Shown one piece after another: positions 18,148-29,474 of a stretch of 64,000 bases of DNA. This DNA is from Fidelibacterota bacterium (GTDB lineage Bacteria > Fidelibacterota > UBA8477 > JABMPR01). The stretch covers positions 54,055 to 118,054 of the forward strand of contig JAERTG010000023.1 of NCBI GenBank assembly GCA_016845065.1, written 5' to 3'. A program made the position numbers and the translations under genes. Under the pieces are notes generated by a model. That model made no database searches and had not been told where the DNA came from. It saw only the letters and a list, made by a program, of their open reading frames with translations. Every line of letters begins with the position of its first letter. Position 1 is the stretch's first letter.

Positions 18148-21100
18148 CTACCTTAGAACCAGCATTTTGACAGTTTTCGCATACCCCTTGCCCGTCATCA
18201 TTCGAGCGAAGTAAATACCACTACTTACTTGCTGACCCTGATCATTCAGGCCGTTCCAGGTAATTGAGTAACTACCAGGCTGAATTTGTGTATCCATAAG
18301 ATTGCGAACTTCCTGCCCTCTGATATTGTAAACACTAAATCGAATATTCTGATTTAAGCCATCCAGAAAGCCAATATCAAAATCGATTGATGTGGAAGGA
18401 TTAAATGGATTCGGGTAGTTTTGTGACAATTGGCTCTTATCAGGAACAATAATTGTCCTTGGTCCCAATTTGAAAGCACCCATTGTAGCCGTCCATGCCC
18501 TCACTCGTTCACCGTCTGATACAGATGCGAGTTCATTATATTCACCCGCTGCATCCCGAAGATAGATGGCCTGATCATTCTCCAGCGCAGGCATACTCAC
18601 TAATACAGGTTCAGCGAGAACCACCCCATCTGTAAGGACTTTGTAACTGGCATTATCATTAGCGCTCAGCATAGAGTCCAGTACTGCAATCCTCGTTGAT
18701 TTTGCGGCGCTGTTTGAATTTCCCTTGATCTCAAATTGAGCATCGGGACTGCGCGCTAACCATCCACTGCCTTGCTTAATCAAACTGACAGTGACATTTA
18801 CCGTGATGGTGGTATCTCCAACCCAGTTCGACGCATAAACTTCAAAAGCATTGAGACCTTCCTCTGCTACTTGAACCACTGCTACATAGCTGAAAGTATC
18901 AACTGTAGTGAGCTCAACATCGAGACCAGAATGAGTCACAGTAAGCGAATCAATCATACCCAGACTATCCACAATCATCATTTCATAATACGATGGATAA
19001 CCCCTGTTTTTGTAAAAGGCGATGACAGGTGTGGGTACATCAAAGATGTCCATGGACACCGTAACAGTAATTGTATCCTGTAATGGATCATTTGTTAGAA
19101 TCCGGAACTGGCCACCATATCCACCAACTGTGAATGCAGATGGATTGATATTGAACGCAATAACAGCACTCGTGTCATATTCTATTGTCCCTGTCTCCGA
19201 TGGAAGTGATATCCATTCCGGTGTATCCAATAACGACCATCGTAAATCGGTCAGGCCAAGATTACTCATAGTGAATGAGGTATCAATATTGGTCAGTCGC
19301 TCAATGTCTACGGCAATGCTATCCGTATCAAGCGATGCAAATGCTGACGAAGTCGTCACATGGAACGTATCAGCAATTGCTGATGTATCGGCTTGATCCA
19401 AAGCCCGGACAAACCATTCGATGGTACTTGATGGGAAATCCATCTCAGAAACATCAACGGTGATGGTTGTATCCCCGGTTGCCAGCATGGTATCATAGTC
19501 CGTACCCTCGAGGTTGATTCGATAAGTCACAGGGTTGTCTTCAATATCAAAGGCAGTTGTCCATGTAAAGGACAGTGACAAACCGTCTGCAGGGACGAGT
19601 TGAGTTGAATCCGCTGGTAGCAGTAGGGTAACCGGCTCAGGGGCATCATTTGTTTCAAGTACGCGATGCGAGATAAGAATGGAGTCCATTTCATCATAAT
19701 AATCCTGCACATATGCTGTAAAGGAGTGATCTCCAACAGCTGAATCAACTGGCAGCCAGGTTATTTCACCGGTGAGTGAATCAATGGCGAGCCCTGGCGG
19801 AGCATTAGTTGACAGGCTCCAGGTTAGCGTATCAGCACTAATTGATCCCACATCCGGATCATCCACAACGAAGAATCTGGAATATTCAGAGTCTTCAGCA
19901 GAGGAATCCGTATATGTACTATCATCAACAAATTCTGGGGCTGTATTGATAACAAATTGAAATGTATCAAGAGTTGCAGTAAATAATGGATCATCGAACG
20001 GCCATTGATGATTTCCGGCAACATCATATCCAAGGAGGGTAATAATGTAATCTTCACGATTGCCCAAGGAGTCTGCTGCCAAATCATATTCCCAGGTTCC
20101 AGCACCCAGAACCAGATCAAAGCGAGTCGTATCAACACCATTCCACTGGGTACCATCCCAATAAAAACTATCTGAATCACGCTGGAGCATGAGTTCTACA
20201 TTGTCCATCCCGGACAATTCATCGCTGAAGGTTCCACTTAGCGTTCCTGGCCAGGCATCAATAAAATAATAAGGTTCCATATCACTGGTAGTCACTGGCA
20301 AGATCAAGTCAGCTGTGATAGCCGGTGTACTCAAGATCTCTGATATGTTTCCTGCTACATCCATAGCGCGTACATTCAAGAAATACGTGTCACCATGTGT
20401 ATAGCTCATGAGTGTATCAGTGGATGTGGTAAGAAGGGAGTCCCAATTCAGGAAGTCATCTAGGCCTGCTGTGTTACCAATCGAAAAATCATAATATGCC
20501 ACACCGGAAACAGCATCAGTAAAAGGAATCCAACTTGCCTCTAAAGTGTCTTCAGCATTAATGTATTCATCGCTTGTGGTACCATTGGACAGGAAGAACA
20601 CTGGTAACGCTGGCAGCTGATCCATAATCATAATATCTTCCAACCAAGCACCTGTGGTATCGTTGCCACGCCCATCAACTATAGTGATTCTTAGGTCAAT
20701 AGGCTGCCCCTCTGTACTTATGGATAAGGCTTCTAGGTCAACTGAATCTATCGATGCAACAATTTCTGTCATATTGTTTGAGTCTATTGATATGGAGTCA
20801 ACAAGTATGCCTGGTGCATCATTACCAATACGACCTTCAACCTGTATGTAGCCCAAAAACAGAGAACTATCAGCTGCAACAGGAGTTAAGACCGTAATAT
20901 CAATTCCCGAGTTCGTAGAATTCCAGTAGCCTTCAACAATATTTCCACCAATTGTAGTGGTATCTGAAACCACAGGTAGTTCAGGACCCTGAAAGTCCAC
21001 AACCAACTCATTCGCACTTTCTGTGCCTTCAACCTGATTTCCTGCGATATCTAACAGATCAGCGCTAACAACGATCCCAGCATTGGGTCCAAAACCTGAT

Positions 21101-24100
21101 AAACCGCTAAGAAATGCATGATCCAATGTCATGGTGAGGGTTGTATTTCTATTCACGATTGCTACGGTATCCACATGCTCTGGAATGACTGGTATAGGAG
21201 GCACAGCAAGCATATTTTGCATTCCAACTCGAATAATCGCCTGTCCCCCCTCAAGACTTTCATCATCGGCGATAGGTATCTCGAGAGATATACCGGTATT
21301 GGTATTGTTGTACGCATTCTCCCTAATTACACCACCTGTTGAAATCAACGGTCCACATGTGAATGGTGCAGGACCATTTGTGTCGATGATAATGACATCT
21401 GTCGCTGTTGTGCCAATAGTCTCATTTCCTGCACGATCCTGAACGAGAATCCGTGTATAGAGATTGGAATCGTCGAAATCAGCGAGTGCTTCCAGATCGG
21501 CTGCAGCAATCCGAATCGTATCATCAAATGTCGGTATAGTGAAAGAGTCCGGTAATACCGCATAGTAGGGGTTTTCTGCAAAGGTGGCCCCTATTGACAT
21601 TTCTACCTGGAAGAAACCATCTACCAATGTTGGATCAGCAATGGTGTTGACCGGGATTGTCAAGAGCAGACTATCAGAGGTAGCATTCCACCGTAAAGGA
21701 GAAACATTCTCCCCTTTAATAGTGAATTCAGAAATGTCAGGTGCTGTTGGCAAGGTCTGATCTATGATTAGAGTAGTTGCACTGGTTGCTGAAACGGTTT
21801 CATTTCCAGCAATATCTGTAATGATATACCTGAATTCTAGAGTAAGACCATCTGTAAAACCAGTCACGGTTTCAAGATCAGCTTTCAGAAGGGTAAAGGT
21901 CTGATCAGCAACCAGGGAGCTGATATCTAATTCAGGCGTGTATGTTTCAAAGTTACCATCACCTGGAACAATATTCCCTGCTATCTTGATATTTCCATCA
22001 ATGAGAGATGGATCCCCAGTATCAATGGGGATAGTGATTTCCAAAGCTGTATTGTCTGCATTCCAATATCCCTCATTGGAATAATCCCCCTGTGGGATCA
22101 GTTCCGTGAAGGCGTTGGCTGTAGGCACTATTTCATCCACAGTCAGCGTTGTTGGACTTGGATTTAGAGTGGTTGAATTTCCAGCTACGTCAGTGACAAT
22201 TGCATCAAAAGTGAGGACTCTATCCTCACCGTAGAATGCCAGACCTTCCAAGACGGTTCTTTCTACAGATAATGTTACATCTTCTAAGGCATCGATATCG
22301 TGGGGAGCTAATATGTTCTCGGCAGTGAAGGCATCGACAGTAGCTCTGAGCTGAATTTGTCCACCCTCAAGTGAGGCATCGGAGAGCTCAATTGGAATTG
22401 TGACATCAACACCAGAATTTGTTGAATTGAAATAGCCTGTTACAACTGAATTCTCAGTAGCTACTACAGTTCCCAGAGCGACTGTTGTTGGATAAGTATA
22501 ATCAACATGAACTGTGTTCAGACCGATAGTTCCGGTTGACTCATTTCCAGCTTGATCTGTGACGATTGCACGGAATGACAACTCATCGTCATCTGCCGCT
22601 CCATAAGTTGTAATGTTAGCTGCACTCAATGTGATATCGTGGTTTCCATCTACTGCACTTATGGTGGAATCATCTCCAATAATAGCAAAGCTATTGGCAT
22701 TGTCTATATCGGCTTCTAATTGGATGGTTCCGCCGATCAAAGTGGCGTCATCATCAAGAGGAATTGAAACCACCAGACTTGTATTGGTGTCATTCCAATA
22801 ACCGGTGTACACATTGCCCCCAATAACGTTTAGGAGACCTGTAGTAGGTGTTGTCGGAGCAGTTTGGTCAATAGTTAAGCTAACCCCACTGGTAGCGCCT
22901 GGTGTCTCATTTCCAGCATAATCCGTGAAAACACCACGTATCTGAATGGTCCCTCCTGCCTCATACCCTGCCAGTTCATTTTGAAAATGCGACCTTGTCA
23001 GACTGAGAGTAATAGGATTTGTACCAACATCCTCTGTATCACCTATGATAGAAAAATCATTGGCGTCAATGCGAGCTTCCAGATGTGCGGTTCCACCATC
23101 TAGTGAGGGGTCACTACCATTGTATGGGAGAAGTACTTCTACACCCGTATTGAGGATATTCCAATAGCCCGTTACCACTGGAGCTCCCAGGGTTAAGATG
23201 TTTCCAGTAGCTACCTCAAAGGGGAATATCCCATCTACCAGAATATCATTATTATCACCAAGGTTTTGTCCACTTGGGATAGCAGTATCGAGATCATTTC
23301 CAGCATCATCCTGAAGCGTACCAGCCGATAACGTAATAGATTGGACTGTCAGATCTGCGCTCTCTTCATTTTCAGCCACAGTATAAGTAGCGATAGCTGT
23401 GCTTGATGCTGAAATTGAAGTAATGGAAACGGTTTGACCTGTATCAAACAGAACATCCAAGGAGCCTAATGCAGAAAGTGTTAATGCTTCATTAAACTCA
23501 ATTTCTACATCAACCGTTTCATCCACACCTAAAGTATCTGTTACGATAGCTGCACTGATACTGCTAATTGTAGGAAACTCACCATCAATGGTGATACTAC
23601 TATTATCAGCGAGATTCTCGCCAAATGGGAGCGAAAAGTCAACTTCATTACCTGCATCATCCACCAACTGACCAGCAGAGGCAGTAACGGAAATAACGGT
23701 GAGGGGATCTGCAGTCACACCTTCAACAATACTCAATGTAAAGGGTAAAACCTGCTCATCAGTAATGGTGTTGTCAGTGAGAATTTCTTCTGCAACGGTG
23801 TTAAGAGTAACGGACATCTCTCCGCTCTCCAGACTCACTTCTTCAGATAAATTAATGGTAACGTTGACATCCTGACCAACACTGTATGAACCATCATTGG
23901 TCGTGGAGGTTATCTCTGTTATCGTTGGGTCAACTTCATCAACTACAAAATCGATATAGGGCAGTGTCGCTACAGTAGTGTTGCCAGCAATATCAGTTAT
24001 AAGTGCAGTAATAGAGAAGGTCTGGTCTTCACCATATCCAACCATACTTTCGATATCGGTATCATCCAGGAGGATGGTTTTCGGTGTATTCCTCGCATCA

Positions 24101-27100
24101 ATTGTTGAGGCACTACCCAGATTCACCAAGTCATTTGAGGCTACCCGACCCTGAATTTGGAGTGTACCACCATCTCCATCTGTGAGACTAGCATCATCGG
24201 GGATATTCACAATGACACTCATCCCTTCATTATCCTCATTCCAATAATTATCTACAATATTTCCACTTGTTGTTGTTGTAGTTGCCGAAACCATGGTGAA
24301 GGCAAGCGGATCAATTCCATCAATAATGAAGTCATAACCATCGGCGAGATTGGTCATTCCAGCTAGAGTTGCCATATTTGAAACATCATTTCCAGCTGCA
24401 TCTTGAAGCGTTCCAGCTCCCAAAAGAGAAATTCCTGATATGCTCAAGTCTGAGGATTCATCACCAGCAAGAACAGTATAATCCAAGGTGGCTGTAAGCG
24501 AGTTGGAAATACTGGTGATGTTTAAATCAGTCGTACTGGAATTAATATCCAGAACCAGGGTCTCTCCTCCAGACAGTGTAACTGCTTCACTAAAGGTGAC
24601 AATAAGACCAACTGTACCATCCTTACCCACGGGTGTAGCATCATCAGTCCCGGAAGTTATACTCACTATTGTAGGTATAATGCCATCGACCACGATTGTA
24701 CTATTATCATCTAAATTAGAATTTGTTGGAATCGTACGATCCAAGTCGTTTCCAGCAGCATCTCGGAGGCTACCTCCCAGGAGCGTCACACCTATTACTG
24801 AAAGATCATCGCTAGAATTATCTTCCTGAACAGTATAGGTCCCACTGGCAGTCGTGCTGTAATCAAAAGCGCTAATTACAAAGGTCTCATCTGTAGTACC
24901 AGTCTCCAGCTCGAGCTGCAGGTTATCACCAATCAATTTGACAGCTTCAGAAAATGTTGCTATAACATTAATATCATCAGTTGGAATGAAGGGGCCATTT
25001 CCTGAATCTGAAGTAAAACTCAGGATTGTGGGCACTTCTGTATCCACAGTGATCTCATTCGCACTGGCAGACCCAACCGCGCTAGTATTTCCGGCTTTAT
25101 CTGTCACTACGGCCACGATTTTTAATACTGCATCCTCCGTGTATCCAGGAAAGGCTTCAAGGGTTGCTTCTGGCACAGCCAGTGTATGATTACCGGACGA
25201 AGTAATAGATTGGGCAGTCCACAGATTCACAGCATCATTTACATCGGCAGACCAGTACCCTTTTAACTGGATGGTTCCACCACCATTGATCAAGCTTGCA
25301 TCAGCTGGAATGGGAACAATTACATCCAGGAATTCATTGGTATTATTCCAATAATCCGTCACCACATTTTCAACGCGGGCTACAACAGTTCCAACATCAA
25401 CAGACGCTGGGATGTTTCCGTCTACCACTATGGTTCGATCACTATTAATATTGGTGGGAATGGTGACCAGATTGACACTATTCCCAGCAGCATCTTGAAT
25501 CGTACCAGTCGTTGTAAGTGGACTTTCAGCCAACAATGCAGAGCTGGCATCCCCTGAACCAACTGTATAGTCTGCCGAAGCGGTGGTCGAGCTTGAGAAA
25601 GCGCTAATGTTTGCTGTTCCTCCTCCATCAAGGTTAACGACCAGGTCAGCACCAGCCAGGGTAACAGCCTCACTGAACTCAACTGTTACATTGATTACAT
25701 CATCAATTGCATAGTCGCCAGCTGCGGTGGTTGATGTAATACTTACTATGGTAGGCACGATACCATCAACAACGATATTACTATTGTCATCTAAGTTTGA
25801 ATTTGTAGGGAGGGTACGATCTACATCATTTCCTGCAGCATCCCGGAGACTACCGCCAAGAAGAGACACGTTTATTACTTCCAGATCATCACTGGCGTTA
25901 TCCGTCTGAACCGTATAGGTTCCGCTAGCTGTCGTATTGTAATCGAAGGCACTGATAATGAAAGTTTCATCAGTAGTACCAGTTTCTAACTCGAGCTGCA
26001 GATTATCACCAATCAGTTTGACGGCCTCAGAAAATGTTGCTATGACATTAATATCATCGGTTGGAATGAAGGGGCCATTTCCTGAATCTGAAGTAAAACT
26101 CAGTATTGTGGGGACTGTCGTATCAACTGTGATCTCATTCGCACTGGCACTCCCAACTGCACTCGTATTTCCAGCCTTATCTGTGACAACAGCCACGACC
26201 TTTAATACTGCATCTTCCGCAAACCCTGGGAAAGCTTCCAGAGTTAACTGAGGCACTGCCAGTGTCATGTTTCCCGATGAACTAATTGATTGTGCATCCC
26301 ATAAATCCGCAGCATCATTTACGTCTGCTGACCAATATCCTTTTAGCTGTACTGTTCCACCGCCACCTGTTAAGCTGGCATCCGCTGGGATGGGAACAAT
26401 CACATCTAAATATTCATTGGTACTATTCCAATAATCCGCAAGAACATTTTCAACCCGTGCAACTACAGTTCCGACATTCACGGCAGCCGGGATATTTCCA
26501 TCAACCACGATTGTTCTATCACTATTGATATTGATGGGGATGGTAACAAGATTAACAGCATTACCTGCTGCATCAACAATAGTCCCCCCTGTTGTTAGTG
26601 GACTATTTGCAGATAAACTTGAACTTGCGTCTCCTGAACCAACTGTATAGTCAGCTGTAGCGGTAGTTGAGCTACTGAAGACCCCGATGTTGGCGGTACC
26701 GCCTGCATCTAGTGTAACGACGAGATCTGCTCCTGCCAGAGTTACTGCCTCGCTGAATTCCACTGTTACATTTATGACATCATCAATAGCATAGTCGCCA
26801 GCGGAAGTTGTTGATGTGATACTGACAATAGTGGGTACGATACCATCAACCACAATATTGCTATTGTCGTCTAAATTCGAATCAGAAGGAACTGTGCGGT
26901 CCACATCATTTCCAGCTGCATCTCGAAGACTTCCCCCCAGCAAGGTTATGCTGTTTACAGAAAGATCGGAGCTTTCATTGTCTTCCTGAACCGTATATGT
27001 ACCGCTCGCGGTTGTACTGTAATCAAAAGCACTGATGATAAACGTTTCATCTGGTGTACCTGTTTCTACCTCAAGCTGAAGGTTGTCACCAATTAATTTT

Positions 27101-29415
27101 ACTGCCTCAGAAAATGTTGCAATCACAACAATATCATCAGCTGGCTTGAAAGGACCATTTCCTGAGCTCGATGTTAAACTTTGGATCGTTGGCACTACCG
27201 TATCGATGGTAATCTCATTGGCACTGGCGGTTCCGACTGTGCTGGTATTACCAGCCTTATCTGTGACAACAGCCACAACTTTTAATACTCCACCTTCTGT
27301 GTATCCAGGAAAAGTTTCTAATGTAGCTTCTGGTACAGCAAGCGTGTGATTTCCAGAGGAACTTATAGTTTGGGCGGTCCACAGATCTACGGCATCATTT
27401 ACATTTCCAGACCAATATCCCTTCAATTGAATGGTTCCACCCCCATTGATCAGGCTGGCGTCAGCTGGAATGGGTACAATTACATCCAGAAAGTCATTAG
27501 TGCTGTTCCAATAGTCCGTAACAACATTTTCAACACGGGCCACAACCGTTCCGACATTAACGGCAGCAGGAATATTCCCATCAATTACCAGAGAACTATT
27601 ATCACCCAGATTGTTCCCACCAGGTAAGTCTTCATCCAAATCATTTCCAGCCCCATCAGTTAAATTTCCACCTGTCACATTCACTTCCGAAACAGTTAGG
27701 TCTGAACTGGCATCCCCATCTGCAACGGTGTAGGTACCTGTGGCTGAGGTTCCACTAACACTTGTAATCTGCACGGTGGTCCCAACATCAAGCACCAGAT
27801 CCAGAGAACCGGCACTTAAGGTGAGTGATTCATCAAAATTAATGGTTATTTCAACCTCAGCATCAATTGCCAGGTCACCGGTAGATGGTGAAGAAGTAAT
27901 TGATGTAATCGTTGGATATACACCATCAATTTCGATTGCTTTATTATCTTTTAAATTGGAATTCGTAGGCAAGCCATAGGTTGCATCATTTCCGGCTGCG
28001 TCACGTAATGTACCGCCTAGAGAGCTGAGACTTTTAACGGTTAAATCATTGCTTACATTACCTTCAGCGACTGTATAATCTGCTGACGCTGATGAACTAC
28101 TTGCGAAGGCTGAAACTACAAAAGTTTCATCTGTGCCACCCGTTTCCAGTTCAATTTGAAGATTGTCTCCCACCAGAGTCACTGATTCGGAAAACGTTAG
28201 ATCCACATCTATTACATCTGCAATACCATAGGTGCCATTGGCCTTATCCGAGGTTATGTTTGTAACGGTTGGAGCTGTCTGATCGATTGTGATTTCATTA
28301 TCACTCTCCGTTCCCACAGAACTCGTATTTCCAGCCTTATCAGTAACGAGAGTCACGACCTTTAACACACCCGATTCCGTGAAACCTCCAAACGCCTCCA
28401 AAGTTGCCTTTGGAATGGAAACGGTCATATCACCCGTCGCACCTATAGTTTCGGGATCACCCAGGTTTTGTGCCGTATTTACATCTGCACCCCAATAACC
28501 TTTAATTTGCACTGAACCCTGAACCAGACTGGCATCACCTGGTATGGGGACGGTCACGCTTAAGGATGTGTTAGAACTATTCCAGAAATCAGTTGCAACA
28601 GGTGCCCCGACGGCAACTACGGTACCTACATTGACTGCTGCAGGAATATTGCCATCCACGACGATGGCTTCATTATCATCCAGGTTTTGCCCTCCAGGGA
28701 TGGATAGATCTGCATCGTTTCCTGCTGCGTCTCTCAACTCACCGGAAGATTTGGTTAAACTGTTCACACTCAAGTCGGAACTTTCATCACCCTCAACAAC
28801 AGTATATGAAGTTGTTGCCGTAAGGCTGGATGAAAAACTGGATATGGTTACGGTCTGGTCAGGCGTACCTGTCTCCACAACAATTTGGATATTCCCCGTA
28901 GAACTCACTGTTTCTGAAAACGTTGTTATGATATCTACACTTTCGCCGATGGAATAATCGCCGGCTGCTGCATCTGAAGTAAGGCTAACTACACTGGGAG
29001 CTGTTTGGTCAACTACGATGGCTGTTGATGTACATGTGACAGTATCCACAGGTACATTTGAGCCGTTTCTAAATTCAACATAAATATGAAATGTCTCCGT
29101 ATCAGACAGGGGATCTGTTGTCTCAATATCAGTTGCAGTAAGTGAAAAACTGAGCTGCTGACCCGTACTCGCCCCACCCTGGGCTGAGACCGACCCAAAC
29201 TGAATGTAGCCAGCACCATCAACACTGATGTAAGTCTTAAAACTAACAATGCCAACTTCCCAGGATTGCGCTTGAACCGTTGCTCCTGTATTTGAAGCAT
29301 TCCAATATCCGGATACAACTGGATCACCAGCAACCGTAAAGGAATTCGTAGCAAAGGCCGATGAGATTGAAATCAGTGCGAGTATTAGTGTTACAAATGA
29401 CCTATGGAATCGCAT
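18148..29415 (-). CDS. Giant (~3,750 aa) acidic secreted Ig-like repeat protein with T9SS type-A / FlgD-Ig C-terminal domain
   Basis: Probable start MRFHRSF (RBS GGAG; the ORF track begins at 29478), signal peptide ending AFA, many D.AGN Ig-like repeats, FN3- and cadherin-like segments, and C-terminal QNYPNPFNPST...YNIRGQEV...WNG....SSGIYF...KMLVLR. Confidence 0.9.
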   Translation of the reverse strand: MRFHRSFVTLILALISISSAFATNSFTVAGDPVVSGYWNASNTGATVQAQSWEVGIVSFKTYISVDGAGYIQFGSVSAQGGASTGQQLSFSLTATDIETTDPLSDTETFHIYVEFRNGSNVPVDTVTCTSTAIVVDQTAPSVVSLTSDAAAGDYSIGESVDIITTFSETVSSTGNIQIVVETGTPDQTVTISSFSSSLTATTSYTVVEGDESSDLSVNSLTKSSGELRDAAGNDADLSIPGGQNLDDNEAIVVDGNIPAAVNVGTVVAVGAPVATDFWNSSNTSLSVTVPIPGDASLVQGSVQIKGYWGADVNTAQNLGDPETIGATGDMTVSIPKATLEAFGGFTESGVLKVVTLVTDKAGNTSSVGTESDNEITIDQTAPTVTNITSDKANGTYGIADVIDVDLTFSESVTLVGDNLQIELETGGTDETFVVSAFASSSSASADYTVAEGNVSNDLTVKSLSSLGGTLRDAAGNDATYGLPTNSNLKDNKAIEIDGVYPTITSITSSPSTGDLAIDAEVEITINFDESLTLSAGSLDLVLDVGTTVQITSVSGTSATGTYTVADGDASSDLTVSEVNVTGGNLTDGAGNDLDEDLPGGNNLGDNSSLVIDGNIPAAVNVGTVVARVENVVTDYWNSTNDFLDVIVPIPADASLINGGGTIQLKGYWSGNVNDAVDLWTAQTISSSGNHTLAVPEATLETFPGYTEGGVLKVVAVVTDKAGNTSTVGTASANEITIDTVVPTIQSLTSSSGNGPFKPADDIVVIATFSEAVKLIGDNLQLEVETGTPDETFIISAFDYSTTASGTYTVQEDNESSDLSVNSITLLGGSLRDAAGNDVDRTVPSDSNLDDNSNIVVDGIVPTIVSITSTTSAGDYAIDDVINVTVEFSEAVTLAGADLVVTLDAGGTANIGVFSSSTTATADYTVGSGDASSSLSANSPLTTGGTIVDAAGNAVNLVTIPININSDRTIVVDGNIPAAVNVGTVVARVENVLADYWNSTNEYLDVIVPIPADASLTGGGGTVQLKGYWSADVNDAADLWDAQSISSSGNMTLAVPQLTLEAFPGFAEDAVLKVVAVVTDKAGNTSAVGSASANEITVDTTVPTILSFTSDSGNGPFIPTDDINVIATFSEAVKLIGDNLQLELETGTTDETFIISAFDYNTTASGTYTVQTDNASDDLEVINVSLLGGSLRDAAGNDVDRTLPTNSNLDDNSNIVVDGIVPTIVSITSTTAAGDYAIDDVINVTVEFSEAVTLAGADLVVNLDGGGTANISAFSSSTTASADYTVGSGDASSALLAESPLTTTGTIQDAAGNSVNLVTIPTNINSDRTIVVDGNIPASVDVGTVVARVENVVTDYWNNTNEFLDVIVPIPADASLINGGGTIQLKGYWSADVNDAVNLWTAQSITSSGNHTLAVPEATLEAFPGYTEDAVLKIVAVVTDKAGNTSAVGSASANEITVDTEVPTILSFTSDSGNGPFIPTDDINVIATFSEAVKLIGDNLQLELETGTTDETFVISAFDYSTTASGTYTVQEDNSSDDLSVIGVTLLGGSLRDAAGNDLDRTIPTNSNLDDNSTIVVDGIIPTIVSITSGTDDATPVGKDGTVGLIVTFSEAVTLSGGETLVLDINSSTTDLNITSISNSLTATLDYTVLAGDESSDLSISGISLLGAGTLQDAAGNDVSNMATLAGMTNLADGYDFIIDGIDPLAFTMVSATTTTTSGNIVDNYWNEDNEGMSVIVNIPDDASLTDGDGGTLQIQGRVASNDLVNLGSASTIDARNTPKTILLDDTDIESMVGYGEDQTFSITALITDIAGNTTVATLPYIDFVVDEVDPTITEITSTTNDGSYSVGQDVNVTINLSEEVSLESGEMSVTLNTVAEEILTDNTITDEQVLPFTLSIVEGVTADPLTVISVTASAGQLVDDAGNEVDFSLPFGENLADNSSITIDGEFPTISSISAAIVTDTLGVDETVDVEIEFNEALTLSALGSLDVLFDTGQTVSITSISASSTAIATYTVAENEESADLTVQSITLSAGTLQDDAGNDLDTAIPSGQNLGDNNDILVDGIFPFEVATGNILTLGAPVVTGYWNILNTGVEVLLPYNGSDPSLDGGTAHLEARIDANDFSIIGDTEDVGTNPITLSLTRSHFQNELAGYEAGGTIQIRGVFTDYAGNETPGATSGVSLTIDQTAPTTPTTGLLNVIGGNVYTGYWNDTNTSLVVSIPLDDDATLIGGTIQLEADIDNANSFAIIGDDSTISAVDGNHDITLSAANITTYGAADDDELSFRAIVTDQAGNESTGTIGLNTVHVDYTYPTTVALGTVVATENSVVTGYFNSTNSGVDVTIPIELSDASLEGGQIQLRATVDAFTAENILAPHDIDALEDVTLSVERTVLEGLAFYGEDRVLTFDAIVTDVAGNSTTLNPSPTTLTVDEIVPTANAFTELIPQGDYSNEGYWNADNTALEITIPIDTGDPSLIDGNIKIAGNIVPGDGNFETYTPELDISSLVADQTFTLLKADLETVTGFTDGLTLEFRYIITDIAGNETVSATSATTLIIDQTLPTAPDISEFTIKGENVSPLRWNATSDSLLLTIPVNTIADPTLVDGFFQVEMSIGATFAENPYYAVLPDSFTIPTFDDTIRIAAADLEALADFDDSNLYTRILVQDRAGNETIGTTATDVIIIDTNGPAPFTCGPLISTGGVIRENAYNNTNTGISLEIPIADDESLEGGQAIIRVGMQNMLAVPPIPVIPEHVDTVAIVNRNTTLTMTLDHAFLSGLSGFGPNAGIVVSADLLDIAGNQVEGTESANELVVDFQGPELPVVSDTTTIGGNIVEGYWNSTNSGIDITVLTPVAADSSLFLGYIQVEGRIGNDAPGILVDSISIDSNNMTEIVASIDSVDLEALSISTEGQPIDLRITIVDGRGNDTTGAWLEDIMIMDQLPALPVFFLSNGTTSDEYINAEDTLEASWIPFTDAVSGVAYYDFSIGNTAGLDDFLNWDSLLTTSTDTLMSYTHGDTYFLNVRAMDVAGNISEILSTPAITADLILPVTTSDMEPYYFIDAWPGTLSGTFSDELSGMDNVELMLQRDSDSFYWDGTQWNGVDTTRFDLVLGAGTWEYDLAADSLGNREDYIITLLGYDVAGNHQWPFDDPLFTATLDTFQFVINTAPEFVDDSTYTDSSAEDSEYSRFFVVDDPDVGSISADTLTWSLSTNAPPGLAIDSLTGEITWLPVDSAVGDHSFTAYVQDYYDEMDSILISHRVLETNDAPEPVTLLLPADSTQLVPADGLSLSFTWTTAFDIEDNPVTYRINLEGTDYDTMLATGDTTITVDVSEMDFPSSTIEWFVRALDQADTSAIADTFHVTTSSAFASLDTDSIAVDIERLTNIDTSFTMSNLGLTDLRWSLLDTPEWISLPSETGTIEYDTSAVIAFNINPSAFTVGGYGGQFRILTNDPLQDTITVTVSMDIFDVPTPVIAFYKNRGYPSYYEMMIVDSLGMIDSLTVTHSGLDVELTTVDTFSYVAVVQVAEEGLNAFEVYASNWVGDTTITVNVTVSLIKQGSGWLARSPDAQFEIKGNSNSAAKSTRIAVLDSMLSANDNASYKVLTDGVVLAEPVLVSMPALENDQAIYLRDAAGEYNELASVSDGERVRAWTATMGAFKLGPRTIIVPDKSQLSQNYPNPFNPSTSIDFDIGFLDGLNQNIRFSVYNIRGQEVRNLMDTQIQPGSYSITWNGLNDQGQQVSSGIYFARMMTGKGYAKTVKMLVLR
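24660..28620 (-). repeat. Intragenic tandem repeat with 1080-bp (360-aa) period
   Basis: Lines starting at 24961, 26041, 27121 and 28201 align; GGGGCCATTTCCTGAATCTGAAGTAAAACTCAG recurs exactly 1080 bp apart. Boundaries are approximate. Confidence 0.9.
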
Positions 29416-29474
29416 AATTGCTCCAATTTTTCCAAATATATTTTGGGAATAGCTATTGTCAGTTTGGCTTAATT

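Noticed and set aside
24660-28620. CRISPR array or IS-derived repeats
   Set aside because: The repeats are 1080-bp in-frame coding duplications within one ORF.
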